64,000 nucleotides of DNA, taken from positions 32,001-96,000 of the forward strand of contig CAWCMR010000005.1 of NCBI GenBank assembly GCA_963796685.1, in the 5' to 3' direction. The position numbers were made by a program, and so were the translations under genes. Shown here piece by piece: positions 51,575 through 61,991 of the stretch (position 1 is its first letter; the number at the start of each line of letters is the position of its first letter). The notes beneath the pieces are model-generated. The model saw only the letters and a list, made by a program, of their open reading frames with translations. It made no database searches and was not told where the DNA came from. This stretch comes from an uncultured delta proteobacterium (lineage in GTDB: Bacteria > Myxococcota_A > Polyangia > Fen-1088).

Positions 51575-54500
51575 TCACGGGAGCTGGGAGTAGGTCACGG
51601 GGTTCGGGTAGTTGCCGGTCAGGAAGAGGTCGGAGTAGACGCCCAGGGATTCCTGGAAGTACCGGTCGTTCTCGAGCGTGGTCGAGATCGCTTCCTCGAC
51701 GGCCTCGCGCCGGATATCCGGGGTCGTGGTGCCGCCGTCGTCGAACAGGCTGACGTAGCTGCACATGCCCATGTTGACCGTGTAGCCGTTGTGCCCGATG
51801 GCCGGATCGCAGTTGGTCACCGTGCCGCTGCCGTTCAAGCTGTCGCAGATCGACGAGAAGCGATTGGCGTTCGTGGCCACGGGATTCTTCTTGTAGAAGT
51901 TGGTGAAGAAGTCCTGGGTGGCGTCGATCTTGGCCCGCATCTGGGACTTCTGTGAATAGTGCGTCGACGAGTTCGCCGCGTTCTCGGGTAGCGAGGTGTT
52001 GTCGCCGAACCACGCGGCGTCGATACCCTCGCGCCACAGGCCACGCAGCTCTTCGTAGGTACCCTCGGACGCCGTGGCGCAGGGGGAAGCGATGGAGCCA
52101 ACAGCACCGATGAGGCCCGGATTGACCCCGGCCGCGTCGTAGCATTGCTCCAGCATCTTGTAGACCGTCTGCGCGGCCCGGTACCAGAAGTCCTTGTGGC
52201 TTTGGCCGTTAGAGGCCTGGCTGCCGGAGGCATGCTGGGCGAGGAAGTCGCCGAACACCCTGAAATAGCCCGGCGGGTAGTAGTCGAGTCGGATCTTGAT
52301 GTCCTGGCCCTTGTCATACACACAAGGTTTGCCCGGCTGCCCGGAACAATCCTTGCTGTCGGTGTCTCCGATGGACGGGTAGTTGTATTGGCCGTCGTAG
52401 GCCGCGTCCACCTCGCACTCCATCTTGGTCAGCCAGTCGACGGCGGCATCCGTCCAGGTACCGGAAGACTGCGGCGGCTTGTCGTTCGGCCACTGCAACG
52501 CCGCATAGACGAGACCGATGGCGATGTCCACGTCACCGTCGAAGGCGCTGTCGCCGATGCCACCGCAGCTATCGCCGGCCGAGGTGTCGCACGGCTTGTC
52601 CAGTGGACGACAGACTGCCCGCTCCCTGCCACTCCCAGCCCATGAGCCCGCCACAGTACTTCTTCGCAGTCTGCGAAAGGTAGTGCCGGACGAAGAGCCA
52701 GAGCTTGCCCACCAAGTCCTTGTCGCCGACAGCGGCAGCGATGGCCATGCCGTAGCCCTGGCCCTCGCTCACGGTTTCTGGCGGATCGGTGTGCACCCGC
52801 GCGGCGTCGGGGTCGCAGTCGCCATTGATGATGTAGTTCTGCTTCCAGATCCCGTAGCGCTCCCACACGAAGGCGTTGAACAGATCCTGGACCGTGGCCT
52901 GGTCGGGATAGACATAGGCCAGGGACGCGCCGTAGGGATACATGAACTTGGACTTGCTGTACGGGAACCAGGCCCCGTTGCCGAACCCCACGGTCACCGG
53001 CGTGGCAGGCGGCTTGGGCGCGCACGCGCTGTCGTTCCACACGCCGGTGGCGGACCAATCGCCGTTGGTGCCATCGGGGTAGTAGTCGAAGAACTTGAAT
53101 TGCGGTTGGTTGATCCCGGTCGGAACTTGCGTATCGGGCTTGCCGTAGTACCAGCGCAGCCAGTAGTCACCCGGGGTGGTCGGGAAGCCGGTTCTGGGCG
53201 TGACCGTGTTCCATTCCGTGGGGCTGCGAGTCTTGTCCACAGCACGCCAGGTGGTCGTGGCGGTGAACGACGAATCCGGCACCGGACACTCGAACCACGG
53301 CCGGTCCTGCTCGCGCCAGCAGATCACCTTGAGCGCGCTCGCTCCCGTGACCTCCATCTCGATCCACTTGGGCATGAACTCGGGCTTGGGGAAGAAGGTG
53401 AAGGTCTTCTGCCCGGCCCAGATGTAGCGGAAGTGGATGGTGTGGTAGCTCGGTGGCTGGGGCGGGTTGCACGGATCCACAGCCACGGTGCTGCCCGCGC
53501 AGCCCGGCCCGGGGTTCGAGGTGTAGACGAAGTAGCTGTTGGGCTGCAGCGACCAGTCCATGCACACGGTGGCAGAGGGTGGGCTCTTGTTGTCGGGCGC
53601 GCCGGCGTAGCCGATCCAGAGCTCGGTGGTGGTTCCGCGCGCCGGAAGCTGGATGCCGTTGGTGTAGAGGTTCTTGGATTCGTCGGGGTAGCGAAAGACG
53701 ATTGACGGCGCGGTGCCCGTCGCTGGCCAATCGGCGTTGGGAATCAGGACGTAGTACCAGGGACAGGTGCCATCCTGGAACTCGAGCATGGCGGTGAGCT
53801 CGCAACTGCCCACGCCCGTCACCTTGAGGCTCGACGGATAGGGAGGCGGCGTGAAGCCGAGCTTGGTCGCCAAGTCGACCGGGCAGGCCGAACCGGCGTA
53901 AGGTGTCGCCGGATTCGTCGGATCGTTCCACGGCCAACGGAAGTGGACCTTGGTGTAGCCCGTGGGCGGAGTTTCGTCCGGCGGGGTTCCGACCTTGCAA
54001 GCCGGGGCGGTCAAGGTCGTCGGGTCGGAAGTAAGGTGGAACTTTCCGCTGCTGTAGTCGGTGGCCAGCGCACTGCTCGATCCGGTGTCCTCGATCCAGA
54101 ACTCCTTGCTGCTGTTCACCGAGGTGATGCTGATGGGACCCGAGGGATTGCCCGCCGGGCACATGTCGGCGCCGACGGCTTGAATCTCGATGGTGGTCGT
54201 GGTCTTGGGAAGGCAGACGGAATAGTAGGTGCAGGGGGGATTGCCGTTGATGTCGGTGGCTACCATCCAGTCGAGCGCCGTACTTCTGGTAGCCGCTCGT
54301 ATCGATCACGACAACTTCGAGCGGCGGTGTCGAAAGCGTGCCAAGCGTGGGCGTAACCCCCTTGGACCACACGTCGCGCACGTGCACCCGCACCTGCCCT
54401 GCCGGGCATACCAGCGTTTCCTGAGGCGGCGGCAGATCCACCGGCCTGGCCACGTCTGGAGCGGCGTCCGGAGTGGTAACCACCGCCGCATCCGGCGGCG

Positions 54501-54753
54501 GCTCGGCGCCAGGTGGAAGAGGATCGTCAGGCACCGCGCTGTCGGGAAGCCCCCCGAGAGTCACCGTGCCGCCAAAAACCCCCGTAAGCCCCGCATCGGG
54601 TGGCGGGGGAGGCGGCGGCACGACGGGCGGATCGATGACCACGACCGTGGGCTTGCCCGACTCCAGCAGAAGGTGTGAGTTGCAACCAACCAGCGCTCCG
54701 ACCAAGGTCATGGCGATCAACCCGACCAAATGCTTCTGCGTGTTGTGCTTCAT
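51575..54753 (-). CDS. Large multimodular GH8 glycoside hydrolase lipoprotein (frameshifts near 54270 and 52615)
   Basis: Lipobox LVGC; TVSEGQGYGM, GLMGW, DSAFDGDVDIA; three ORFs chain by single-base shifts. Confidence 0.82.
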
Positions 54754-55260
54754 GGGATCAGTCCGGTGCCAAAATCGCTGGGTAGCCGCGGAGAAACCGC
54801 GAAAAACCGAAGAATGTTATCACATGCTTGCAGGTAAACGATGGCCGAGCAGGGAAGCGAGCGAGGGCGTCTGCCACAGGCCCGCGTCACGCTCTGACGT
54901 CATCTACGATGGTCTCGGCGCCGTCCGAGATCAACCAACAATGAAGCCCGAACACGTGAGACAAATCACAATTCTCGTCACGCTTCAGACCAAGGCAGAG
55001 TCAATTCCGCCGGGTTCCACCATAATCCCGCGATAGCCGCAGGAGGTCGTGATCAGGGTTCCAGCCGGTCCGCGAACCTTAACGCACCGCTTTTCCCTAA
55101 ATCCTTCGCTTCCCGTTTTTTTTGACGACGCACGGATAGCGCAAGCACTCACAAGGCAAAGCGAGAGGCAAGGCGGCCGGCCATCGAAGGGTCGGTTGGT
55201 TTGCCTTCGAGCTTGAGGATTCGGACGAAGATCCAACACAAAGCGGGGAGACTCCAAAAA

Positions 55261-56208
55261 ATGAAGACGAGGTATCTGTTGTCGATTTGCGCTGCGGGTG
55301 CGCTGTTCGCATCCCTTGGGATGACTGGTTGCTCATCGAGTAACGGAGGGCTTCCCTCCGGTACCGGGGGCAAGACCGGCTCTGGCGGGAGCACCACAGC
55401 CACCGGCGGAGCCAAAGGCACCGGTGGCGCGCTAGGCACAGGTGGTGTCATGGGCACTGGCGGCGTGCAAGGCACAGGCGGTGCCAAGCAAGACGCGGCT
55501 CCGACTCAAAACGATACCGCGTCTGCCTGCGGCGGCCTGGGTGAGGCGTGTTGCACGGGCGGCCAAGCTTGTACGACCGCAAACTTGACCTGCCAGGCCT
55601 CAGCCGGTGGCGGCGGCAGAACCTGCCAGGCCGCCCCCGACGCCGCTCCAAGGCCCGACACTGCGTGCGGCGGGATCGGTGAGGCCTGCTGCGGTACGGG
55701 CGCGAATGCCACCTGCACGGCTGCCGGGGCCACGTGCCGGAACGGAACGTGCCGAGCCGCTGGCGTCGATGGCGGCGGAGGGACCGACGTTGCCTGCGGT
55801 GGCATCGGCGAAGCCTGCTGCGCGAATCGTACATGCACGGCTGCCGGCGCGACCTGCGGCGGCGGTGGTGCCGGAACCTGCCGCACGGCAGGCGTCGACG
55901 GAGGCGGAACGACCGCCGACGCGGCTCCCTGCGGAGCCCAAGGTGAGGCATGCTGCGGGACGGGCCCAAATCGCACCTGCACCGGCGCCGGGTTGACCTG
56001 CCAGGCTGCGGCTGGCGGTGGCACCCGAACCTGCGAGGTAGCCCCCGATGCCGCGCCAACACCCGATGCGCCTCCCTGCGGAAACCAAGGTGAGGCATGC
56101 TGCGGGACGGGCCCAAATCGCACCTGCACGGGCGCCGGGTTGACCTGCCAGGCTCCGGCTGGTGGCGGCGCCCGAACCTGCGAGGTCCCGGCCGTCGACG
56201 CCGGCTAG
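55261..56208 (+). CDS. Cys-rich repeat lipoprotein
   Basis: Lipobox MTGC; Gly/Thr linker; five CGxxGEACC modules. Confidence 0.85.
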   Translation: MKTRYLLSICAAGALFASLGMTGCSSSNGGLPSGTGGKTGSGGSTTATGGAKGTGGALGTGGVMGTGGVQGTGGAKQDAAPTQNDTASACGGLGEACCTGGQACTTANLTCQASAGGGGRTCQAAPDAAPRPDTACGGIGEACCGTGANATCTAAGATCRNGTCRAAGVDGGGGTDVACGGIGEACCANRTCTAAGATCGGGGAGTCRTAGVDGGGTTADAAPCGAQGEACCGTGPNRTCTGAGLTCQAAAGGGTRTCEVAPDAAPTPDAPPCGNQGEACCGTGPNRTCTGAGLTCQAPAGGGARTCEVPAVDAG

Positions 56209-56227
56209 GCGAACCTTCGTAGAATCC

Positions 56228-56266
56228 AAAAGAGACCGGGTGGCCTGTGGCTACCCGGTCTTTTTT
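56228..56266 (+). terminator. Rho-independent terminator
   Basis: AGACCGGGTGGCC-tgt-GGCTACCCGGTCT-TTTTT. Confidence 0.85.
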
Positions 56267-56371
56267 ATTGGTATCCGTTAATTGGTACCCAACCAACCCA
56301 TAGCCGCCAGACATCGCGGTCTCGGAGCGGTGTGGCTTGCACCCAAGGGGCTTCCAGACGAAGCTGCCTCC

Positions 56372-56983
56372 ATGTCACCTTCCCTGCGTGTCAGCTTGCG
56401 GCGACTGGCCCTGGCCGGGCTCGCCGTTTGGGCCATCGCAGCCTGCGCTGGCGGCTGTCGTTGGCTCTTCGGCAGCAGCGAACAGACATCCATGGACGAC
56501 ATCGAAGCCAATCTCGATCGGCTCATCGTGGTGGCCAAGACCGGGCTCAATCTGCAGGTGAGTCCCCGCTTCACGACCTTCGGCCCTTTACCCGGCGCCG
56601 CGCCCTGGGACGCGCCCGTGCCGGGCGATCGCACCTTCGAGGTGCAAGGTCAGCGCGTGCGCTTCAAGACCGGCAAGGACGGCCTTATCCATGAACGCTA
56701 CGAGGCACGCGCCTGCCCGCTACGCGAGATCTGGAGTTGCGTCGAGCTGTGGGCCACCGGCAAGCTCGGCGAAAACGGCCAGCTCGCCTGCGTCGGGCTG
56801 CGCCTGGAAGTGGGCGCCACCATCGAGAAGGAGAAGCTCGACCTGCGCAAGGCCGACCATTGCCCGTTTCTGACCACCGATCCGGGACCGGCCGAGCAGG
56901 TCGTCCGCGGAATCGAGAAGGCGCAGCTCGAGCACGCCCAGCGCCAGGAGGTCGACAAGTACCTGGATCCCAAGGCGCGGTAG
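56372..56983 (+). CDS. Hypothetical exported/lipoprotein
   Basis: Signal-like N-terminus with AGGC; strong GC3 bias. Confidence 0.7.
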   Translation: MSPSLRVSLRRLALAGLAVWAIAACAGGCRWLFGSSEQTSMDDIEANLDRLIVVAKTGLNLQVSPRFTTFGPLPGAAPWDAPVPGDRTFEVQGQRVRFKTGKDGLIHERYEARACPLREIWSCVELWATGKLGENGQLACVGLRLEVGATIEKEKLDLRKADHCPFLTTDPGPAEQVVRGIEKAQLEHAQRQEVDKYLDPKAR

Positions 56984-57055
56984 CGCGCTGGTTCCACGTC
57001 GACGAATTGGGCTGGTTTCCCGGCCCTCGAATGGTGTACTGCTCAGACTACGACC

Positions 57056-58834
57056 GTGGCAGAACTTGGCACATCCATCGCGGGTACGGGCGACGCAGCC
57101 GCCACCCTGGCGTCCGTCGACGGTGCCGTCGCGGAGCTGCGCAAGCTCGTCGCCCAAGGTCCGGCGCACAGAGGCACGTGCGAGGAGAGGCTGGCCGACC
57201 TGCGCCGGCTGTGGCTCGCGCGGGCCGAGACGTTTTCGCCGAACGCCCTCTCGGCTCTGCGCGAGATCGCAGCCCTGCTGCGCCAACGGACGACGCGCGA
57301 CGAGCACCTGGCCAAGGCCAAGTCCGTTCTCAAGGACGTGTTCGGCTATCGCTCGTTCCGGCCCGGCCAGGAAGACATCATCGCCACCGTGCTCTCGGGC
57401 CGCGACTGCGTCGGAGTCATGCCCACCGGCGCGGGCAAGTCGCTGACCTTCCAGATCCCGGCGCGCATCCTGGGCGGGACCACGCTGGTCATCTCGCCGC
57501 TCATCGCCCTGATGAAGGATCAGGTCGACGCGGTCAACGAGGTTGGCCTGCGCGCCACGTTCATCAACTCCAGCCTGTCCCCGGAGGACAGGCGCGAACG
57601 CGTGGCGCGTGCAGTACGCGGCGAGTACGAGCTCATCTACGCCGCGCCCGAGGGCATCGAGGCCTCCCTCGGCGCGCTCTTCGGCCGCATCAAACCCCGG
57701 CTGGTGGCCGTCGACGAAGCCCATTGCATCAGCCAGTGGGGCCACGATTTCAGGCCCGCCTACCGCAACCTGCTCGGGCTCAAGTCGCGCTTCAACGACC
57801 CGCCCATCCTGGCCCTGACCGCCACCGCCACCGCCGAGGTCACCCGCGACATCATCGAACAGCTCGCCATGCGCGGGCCGGCCTCGTTCCGGGGCAGCTT
57901 CTTTCGCCCCAATCTGCACCTGCACGCCTACCGCAAGGGCGACGACGGCCCCAGCGTGCGCGAGCGCATCCTGCGCCTGGCCCGCGCGCGACCGGGCCAG
58001 AGCGGCATCGTCTATTGTCTGTCCCGCAAATCGACCGAGCAGACCGCGGACTACCTGCGCGAGCACGGCGTCTCCGCCCGCGCCTACCACGCCGGCATGG
58101 AAAGCGACGCGCGGACCCGCGTGCAGGATGCCTTCCGCTGCGACGAGGCCGACGTGGTGGTGGCCACGGTCGCCTTCGGCATGGGCATCGACAAGTCCAA
58201 CGTCCGCTACGTCATCCACCGCGACATGCCCCGCTCGATCGAGGGGTACTACCAGGAGATAGGCCGCGCCGGCCGCGACGGCGTGGCCAGCGACTGCGTG
58301 CTGTTCTACTCGTGGGCCGATGTGATGGGCTACGACCGTTTGTTCGAGTCGAGCGGCGATCTCGCCCCCGAGCTCGTGGCCCGCCACCGCGATCGCGTGC
58401 GCGAGATGTTCCGCCTGGCCGAATGGACGCAATGCCGGCACCAAGCACTGGCCGCCTACTTCGGCGAATCCATCAAGGCCTGCGAGCAGTCTTGTTCGGT
58501 GTGCGCGGGCTGGGACGTGGTCGCGCAAAGCAAGCCGGTCCCGCGCAAGCCGGCGAAGAGCCGAACCGGGGCCCGGCCGCTGCCGCCGGTGCCGCCTCCG
58601 GCCGGCCCGGCCGGCGACGAGGAAAACCTGTTCCTCGCGCTCAAGGCCCTGCGCCGTCGCATCGCCGACGCGCGCAAGATGCCGGCCTACATCGTGTTCA
58701 GCGACGCCACGCTGATCGCCATGGCGGAGAGCAGGCCGATGACGCCAGGCGAGCTGCTGGCCGTTCCCGGCGTGGGTCCGCGCAAGCTCGCGGCCTACGG
58801 CGAGGCGTTTTTGGCCTTGCTGCGCGAGAAGTAG
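57056..58834 (+). CDS. recQ: RecQ-family ATP-dependent DNA helicase with HRDC domain
   Basis: [52 protein letters not shown]. Confidence 0.92.
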   Translation: MAELGTSIAGTGDAAATLASVDGAVAELRKLVAQGPAHRGTCEERLADLRRLWLARAETFSPNALSALREIAALLRQRTTRDEHLAKAKSVLKDVFGYRSFRPGQEDIIATVLSGRDCVGVMPTGAGKSLTFQIPARILGGTTLVISPLIALMKDQVDAVNEVGLRATFINSSLSPEDRRERVARAVRGEYELIYAAPEGIEASLGALFGRIKPRLVAVDEAHCISQWGHDFRPAYRNLLGLKSRFNDPPILALTATATAEVTRDIIEQLAMRGPASFRGSFFRPNLHLHAYRKGDDGPSVRERILRLARARPGQSGIVYCLSRKSTEQTADYLREHGVSARAYHAGMESDARTRVQDAFRCDEADVVVATVAFGMGIDKSNVRYVIHRDMPRSIEGYYQEIGRAGRDGVASDCVLFYSWADVMGYDRLFESSGDLAPELVARHRDRVREMFRLAEWTQCRHQALAAYFGESIKACEQSCSVCAGWDVVAQSKPVPRKPAKSRTGARPLPPVPPPAGPAGDEENLFLALKALRRRIADARKMPAYIVFSDATLIAMAESRPMTPGELLAVPGVGPRKLAAYGEAFLALLREK

Positions 58835-58850
58835 GACGCCCGCAAGGCGG

Positions 58851-59897
58851 TCAGAACTTCGTGCAGTCGATGACGAAGCGGTATTTCACGTCGCCCTTCA
58901 CCGTCCGATCGAAGGCCTCGTTGATCTTGTCAGGGGTCGTCATCTCGATGTCGCTGGTAATGCCGTGGGTTCCACAATGATCGAGCATTTCCTGGGTCTC
59001 GGGAAGGCCACCCACCAGCGAGCCCATCACCTTGCGCCGGCCGAAGATCAGCGCGAACGGGCTTAGATCCAAGGTCTGAGGCGACGCGCCGACGAGGATG
59101 AGGGTTCCGTCGCGCTTCAGGCAGCCGAGCGCTCCGTTGATATCGTGCTTGGCCGAGATGGTGTCGACGATGGCATCGTAGCGGTTCGCCAGCGGCGCCA
59201 AGGCGTTCTCCCCGCCGGTGAGCACGAAGTCGTGTGCGCCCAGCCTTTGTGCGTCGGCCTTCTTCGCCGGAGAGCGACTCAGCATCGTGACCTCGGCGCC
59301 GAACGAGGCGGCGAGCTTGACCGCCATGTGGCCAAGCCCTCCGAGCCCCATCACGGCGACGCGCGAGCCTTTGCGGACGCCGACGTGGCGAAGCGGCGAG
59401 TACGTCGTGATGCCGGCGCAGAGCAGCGGGGCGACACCCGCGGGATCGAGGTTCGCCGGAACACGCAGGACGAAGTGCTCATCGACGACGATCTGGTTGG
59501 AATAGCCCCCCAGGGTCTGCGTCTTTCCGCCCGTGTCCGCGTCCGGGCCTCCGTAGGTCATGGTGAAGCCGTTCTCGCAGTAGTTCTCGTGACCCTCTTT
59601 GCAGCTTGGGCAGGTCCGGCACGAGTTGACGAAGCAGCCCACGGCCACGCGCTGACCGACCTTCAAGCTCTTGACATCATCGCCGACCTTCACCACGCGA
59701 CCGACGATCTCGTGCCCCGGAACGCACGGGAAGGTCGTCATCCCCCATTCGTTGCGGGCGAAGTGAATGTCGGAATGGCAGATGCCGCAGAAGTCGATGG
59801 CGATTTGAACATCCCGTCGCCCGGGCGTGCGGCGTTCGAATTGAAACGGAGCAAGGGGCGCATCGGCCGACTGGGCTGCATAACCTTTGGTGAGCAT
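58851..59897 (-). CDS. NAD(P)-dependent Zn alcohol dehydrogenase (CAD/YahK-like)
   Basis: CGICHSD, GHEIVG, PLLCAGITTY, GLGGLG, YRFVID. Confidence 0.93.
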   Translation of the reverse strand: MLTKGYAAQSADAPLAPFQFERRTPGRRDVQIAIDFCGICHSDIHFARNEWGMTTFPCVPGHEIVGRVVKVGDDVKSLKVGQRVAVGCFVNSCRTCPSCKEGHENYCENGFTMTYGGPDADTGGKTQTLGGYSNQIVVDEHFVLRVPANLDPAGVAPLLCAGITTYSPLRHVGVRKGSRVAVMGLGGLGHMAVKLAASFGAEVTMLSRSPAKKADAQRLGAHDFVLTGGENALAPLANRYDAIVDTISAKHDINGALGCLKRDGTLILVGASPQTLDLSPFALIFGRRKVMGSLVGGLPETQEMLDHCGTHGITSDIEMTTPDKINEAFDRTVKGDVKYRFVIDCTKF

Positions 59898-60032
59898 GGG
59901 TCCTCCAATCCTCGATGCCGCGTAGTCTGTCGGACGCCGCTATCCGGCGCCAGCTCGATCGCGAAACGATGGGCATCTAGTCTCGGATTCCAGGGGACAC
60001 CTTGAAACGGTGTACTCTTGCGCGGTCGCAAG

Positions 60033-60728
60033 ATGAAGGTTCACGCAAGAAGGGTGCTGGCCTCGGGACTGGCCGGGATGAGGCACAACGCCCTGCCCGG
60101 AGTCGCGCTGTGGCTTCTCGCTCTCCTGCTCGTCCTCGCGGACCGGACGCTTCCCGCTGCCCACGCCTTCTTCCAGAACGTCGGCGTGATGAAGAGCCGC
60201 TACGGTCTTGTCTTCTCGGCGACGAGCACGGCGTTCTTCGGCGGTCTTGTGCCATTCGCCTTTCTCATGGCCAAGGGAAGGATTTCGCGCGACCGGCTCG
60301 CGGTCGAGCTCGCTTTCTACGTGCTCTTCTGGGCCTACAAGGGCGTCGAGGTCGACCTGTTCTATCGCCTGCAGGCCCACCTGTTCGGCACCGATGCGAC
60401 CCCAGGCACCATCGTGCGAAAAGTCTTCGTGGATCAGTTCGTCTACAACCCTGTCTGGGCCGCCCCGACCTCGGCGCTGGCCTTTCTGTGGAAGGAGAGC
60501 GCCTTCTCATGGCGCGCGATGAAACCGAAGCTGGGCTTCGACTTCATGACCTTCTCCGTGCCGGTCACGCTGATGTCCACCTGGGCGGTTTGGATCCCCG
60601 CGGTGGCCATCATCTATTGTCTGCCAGCCCCGCTGCAAATTCCACTCTTCAACCTGGTGCTCTGTTTCTGGGTGCTGGTGCTGAGCTTCATCAGCAAGGC
60701 ACCGGCCAGCGCGCCGACGTCAGCCTGA
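60033..60728 (+). CDS. Mpv17/PMP22-like membrane protein
   Basis: KVFVDQFVYNP, WAVWIPA. Confidence 0.75.
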   Translation: MKVHARRVLASGLAGMRHNALPGVALWLLALLLVLADRTLPAAHAFFQNVGVMKSRYGLVFSATSTAFFGGLVPFAFLMAKGRISRDRLAVELAFYVLFWAYKGVEVDLFYRLQAHLFGTDATPGTIVRKVFVDQFVYNPVWAAPTSALAFLWKESAFSWRAMKPKLGFDFMTFSVPVTLMSTWAVWIPAVAIIYCLPAPLQIPLFNLVLCFWVLVLSFISKAPASAPTSA

Positions 60729-60830
60729 CGCCGCTCCAGGCCTGACCCGAGCTGCACCTGCTCCACTGGAGGGGAAGGCCCCTAAGGAAGCCTGGAAGCC
60801 AGGAACGTGTGGCATGGCCGTTGGGAGGCA

Positions 60831-61037
60831 ATGACTCGCTTTGATTTCGACCACCACGAAGTGGACCGATTCCAGGAATCCAGGCCAAGTGCCTTGTGGA
60901 CCTATCGGAACACGGATGACACTGCCGGTTGGCTCCTCGTGCTCGAGTCCCTTCTGCTTGTCCTGTTGGGAGTGCTGTCTATCCTCTTTCTTCCTGCTTT
61001 CCTGGCTCCCTTAGACGTTATCGGTCCCGTGCCCTGA
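60831..61037 (+). CDS. Small membrane hypothetical protein
   Basis: RBS GGAGG; one C-terminal TM segment. Confidence 0.4.
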   Translation: MTRFDFDHHEVDRFQESRPSALWTYRNTDDTAGWLLVLESLLLVLLGVLSILFLPAFLAPLDVIGPVP

Positions 61038-61112
61038 CCAACGAATTCAGGCCATCCTCCAGAAGTTGTTCGGCGGCAAGTACGTCCGCGGCTCCGGTCT
61101 ATTGACGATGCG

Positions 61113-61991
61113 GTGACAAGCCAGGCGTGTTCCCCGACACACCACGGCCACCAGAAGTCTTGTGTAGGGCCGGCAGATGCTTCTAAGCTGCGTCCTTCCC
61201 GCTTCATGTGGTTCAAGCTCCTGCGTAAGGCTCTGCGTTCCCCGACGTCGATGGTCACAGGTGGCCTTCGGTTCTGGCTCGCCCATCGCACGCCTCTCCG
61301 ACGGGCACGTATCCTGTGCCAGTGCGCGGACGGGCTGCGTCTGCACCGTGTATCCGGGTGGGAGGTGCGCTCCGGCCGGGTCTACCGTCGAGTTGCCCGC
61401 GAGCTGCGTGACCTCTCCCCTGTCGAAGGCGATGCCGCGGTGGACTGGGCCGAATTCGCCCATCGAACCATGACACGTGCCCGGCAGCCCCTGCGCGAGC
61501 TCGCCGCGGGGCTTGCGGTTTTGGCGGGCGCTCTCATCGCCGTCGCGGCCATCGTCCTTGCCGTCGGCTGCGCCGCCTCGCCTGACCTGCGCGGTCGCCT
61601 GTTTCCCCGCGATCTGGCCGCGGGCAAGCCGTGGGTCGCCAGCAGCTCCGCCTTCGGCGTACCTGCCAGCGGCTTCGGACCTTCGAGTCGCGAGCAGCTC
61701 TTCTTTCACACCGGTGCCGTCACCAACCCCTACGTCGATATCGATCTCGGCGCCGAGCACACCATTCGCAGCATCGAGGTCGAAAACCGATCCGACTGCT
61801 GCAAGGCGCGCGCGCTTCCCCTCGACGTGAAGATTCTCGACGGAGGCACTTGGCACCTGGTGGCCGAGCGACGGGCGTATTTCTCGACCTGGAGCTACGA
61901 CATCACGCCGGTGCGCGCGCAAACAATCCGCTTCGAACGCCCGGGCACGGACTTCTTTCACCTCAAGCGAATTTCCGTCTACGGCCAATGA
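61113..61991 (+). CDS. Membrane-anchored F5/8 type C (discoidin/F-lectin-like) domain protein; start uncertain
   Basis: DLAAGKPWVASS, FHT, PYVDIDLG, VENRSDCC. Confidence 0.75.
   Translation: MTSQACSPTHHGHQKSCVGPADASKLRPSRFMWFKLLRKALRSPTSMVTGGLRFWLAHRTPLRRARILCQCADGLRLHRVSGWEVRSGRVYRRVARELRDLSPVEGDAAVDWAEFAHRTMTRARQPLRELAAGLAVLAGALIAVAAIVLAVGCAASPDLRGRLFPRDLAAGKPWVASSSAFGVPASGFGPSSREQLFFHTGAVTNPYVDIDLGAEHTIRSIEVENRSDCCKARALPLDVKILDGGTWHLVAERRAYFSTWSYDITPVRAQTIRFERPGTDFFHLKRISVYGQ

Noticed and set aside
50718-51619. Prophage or integrase-type attL/attR
   Set aside because: No integrase or phage genes are present, and the variable suf breakpoints argue against a single site-specific att core.
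56720-58980. Long antisense or alternate-frame ORFs (e.g. 56720-58528, 56737-58980, 30772-32367, 16329-17447)
   Set aside because: These are shadow ORFs caused by high GC, overlapping well-supported genes; several are Arg/Ala/Pro-rich and none has recognisable motifs.
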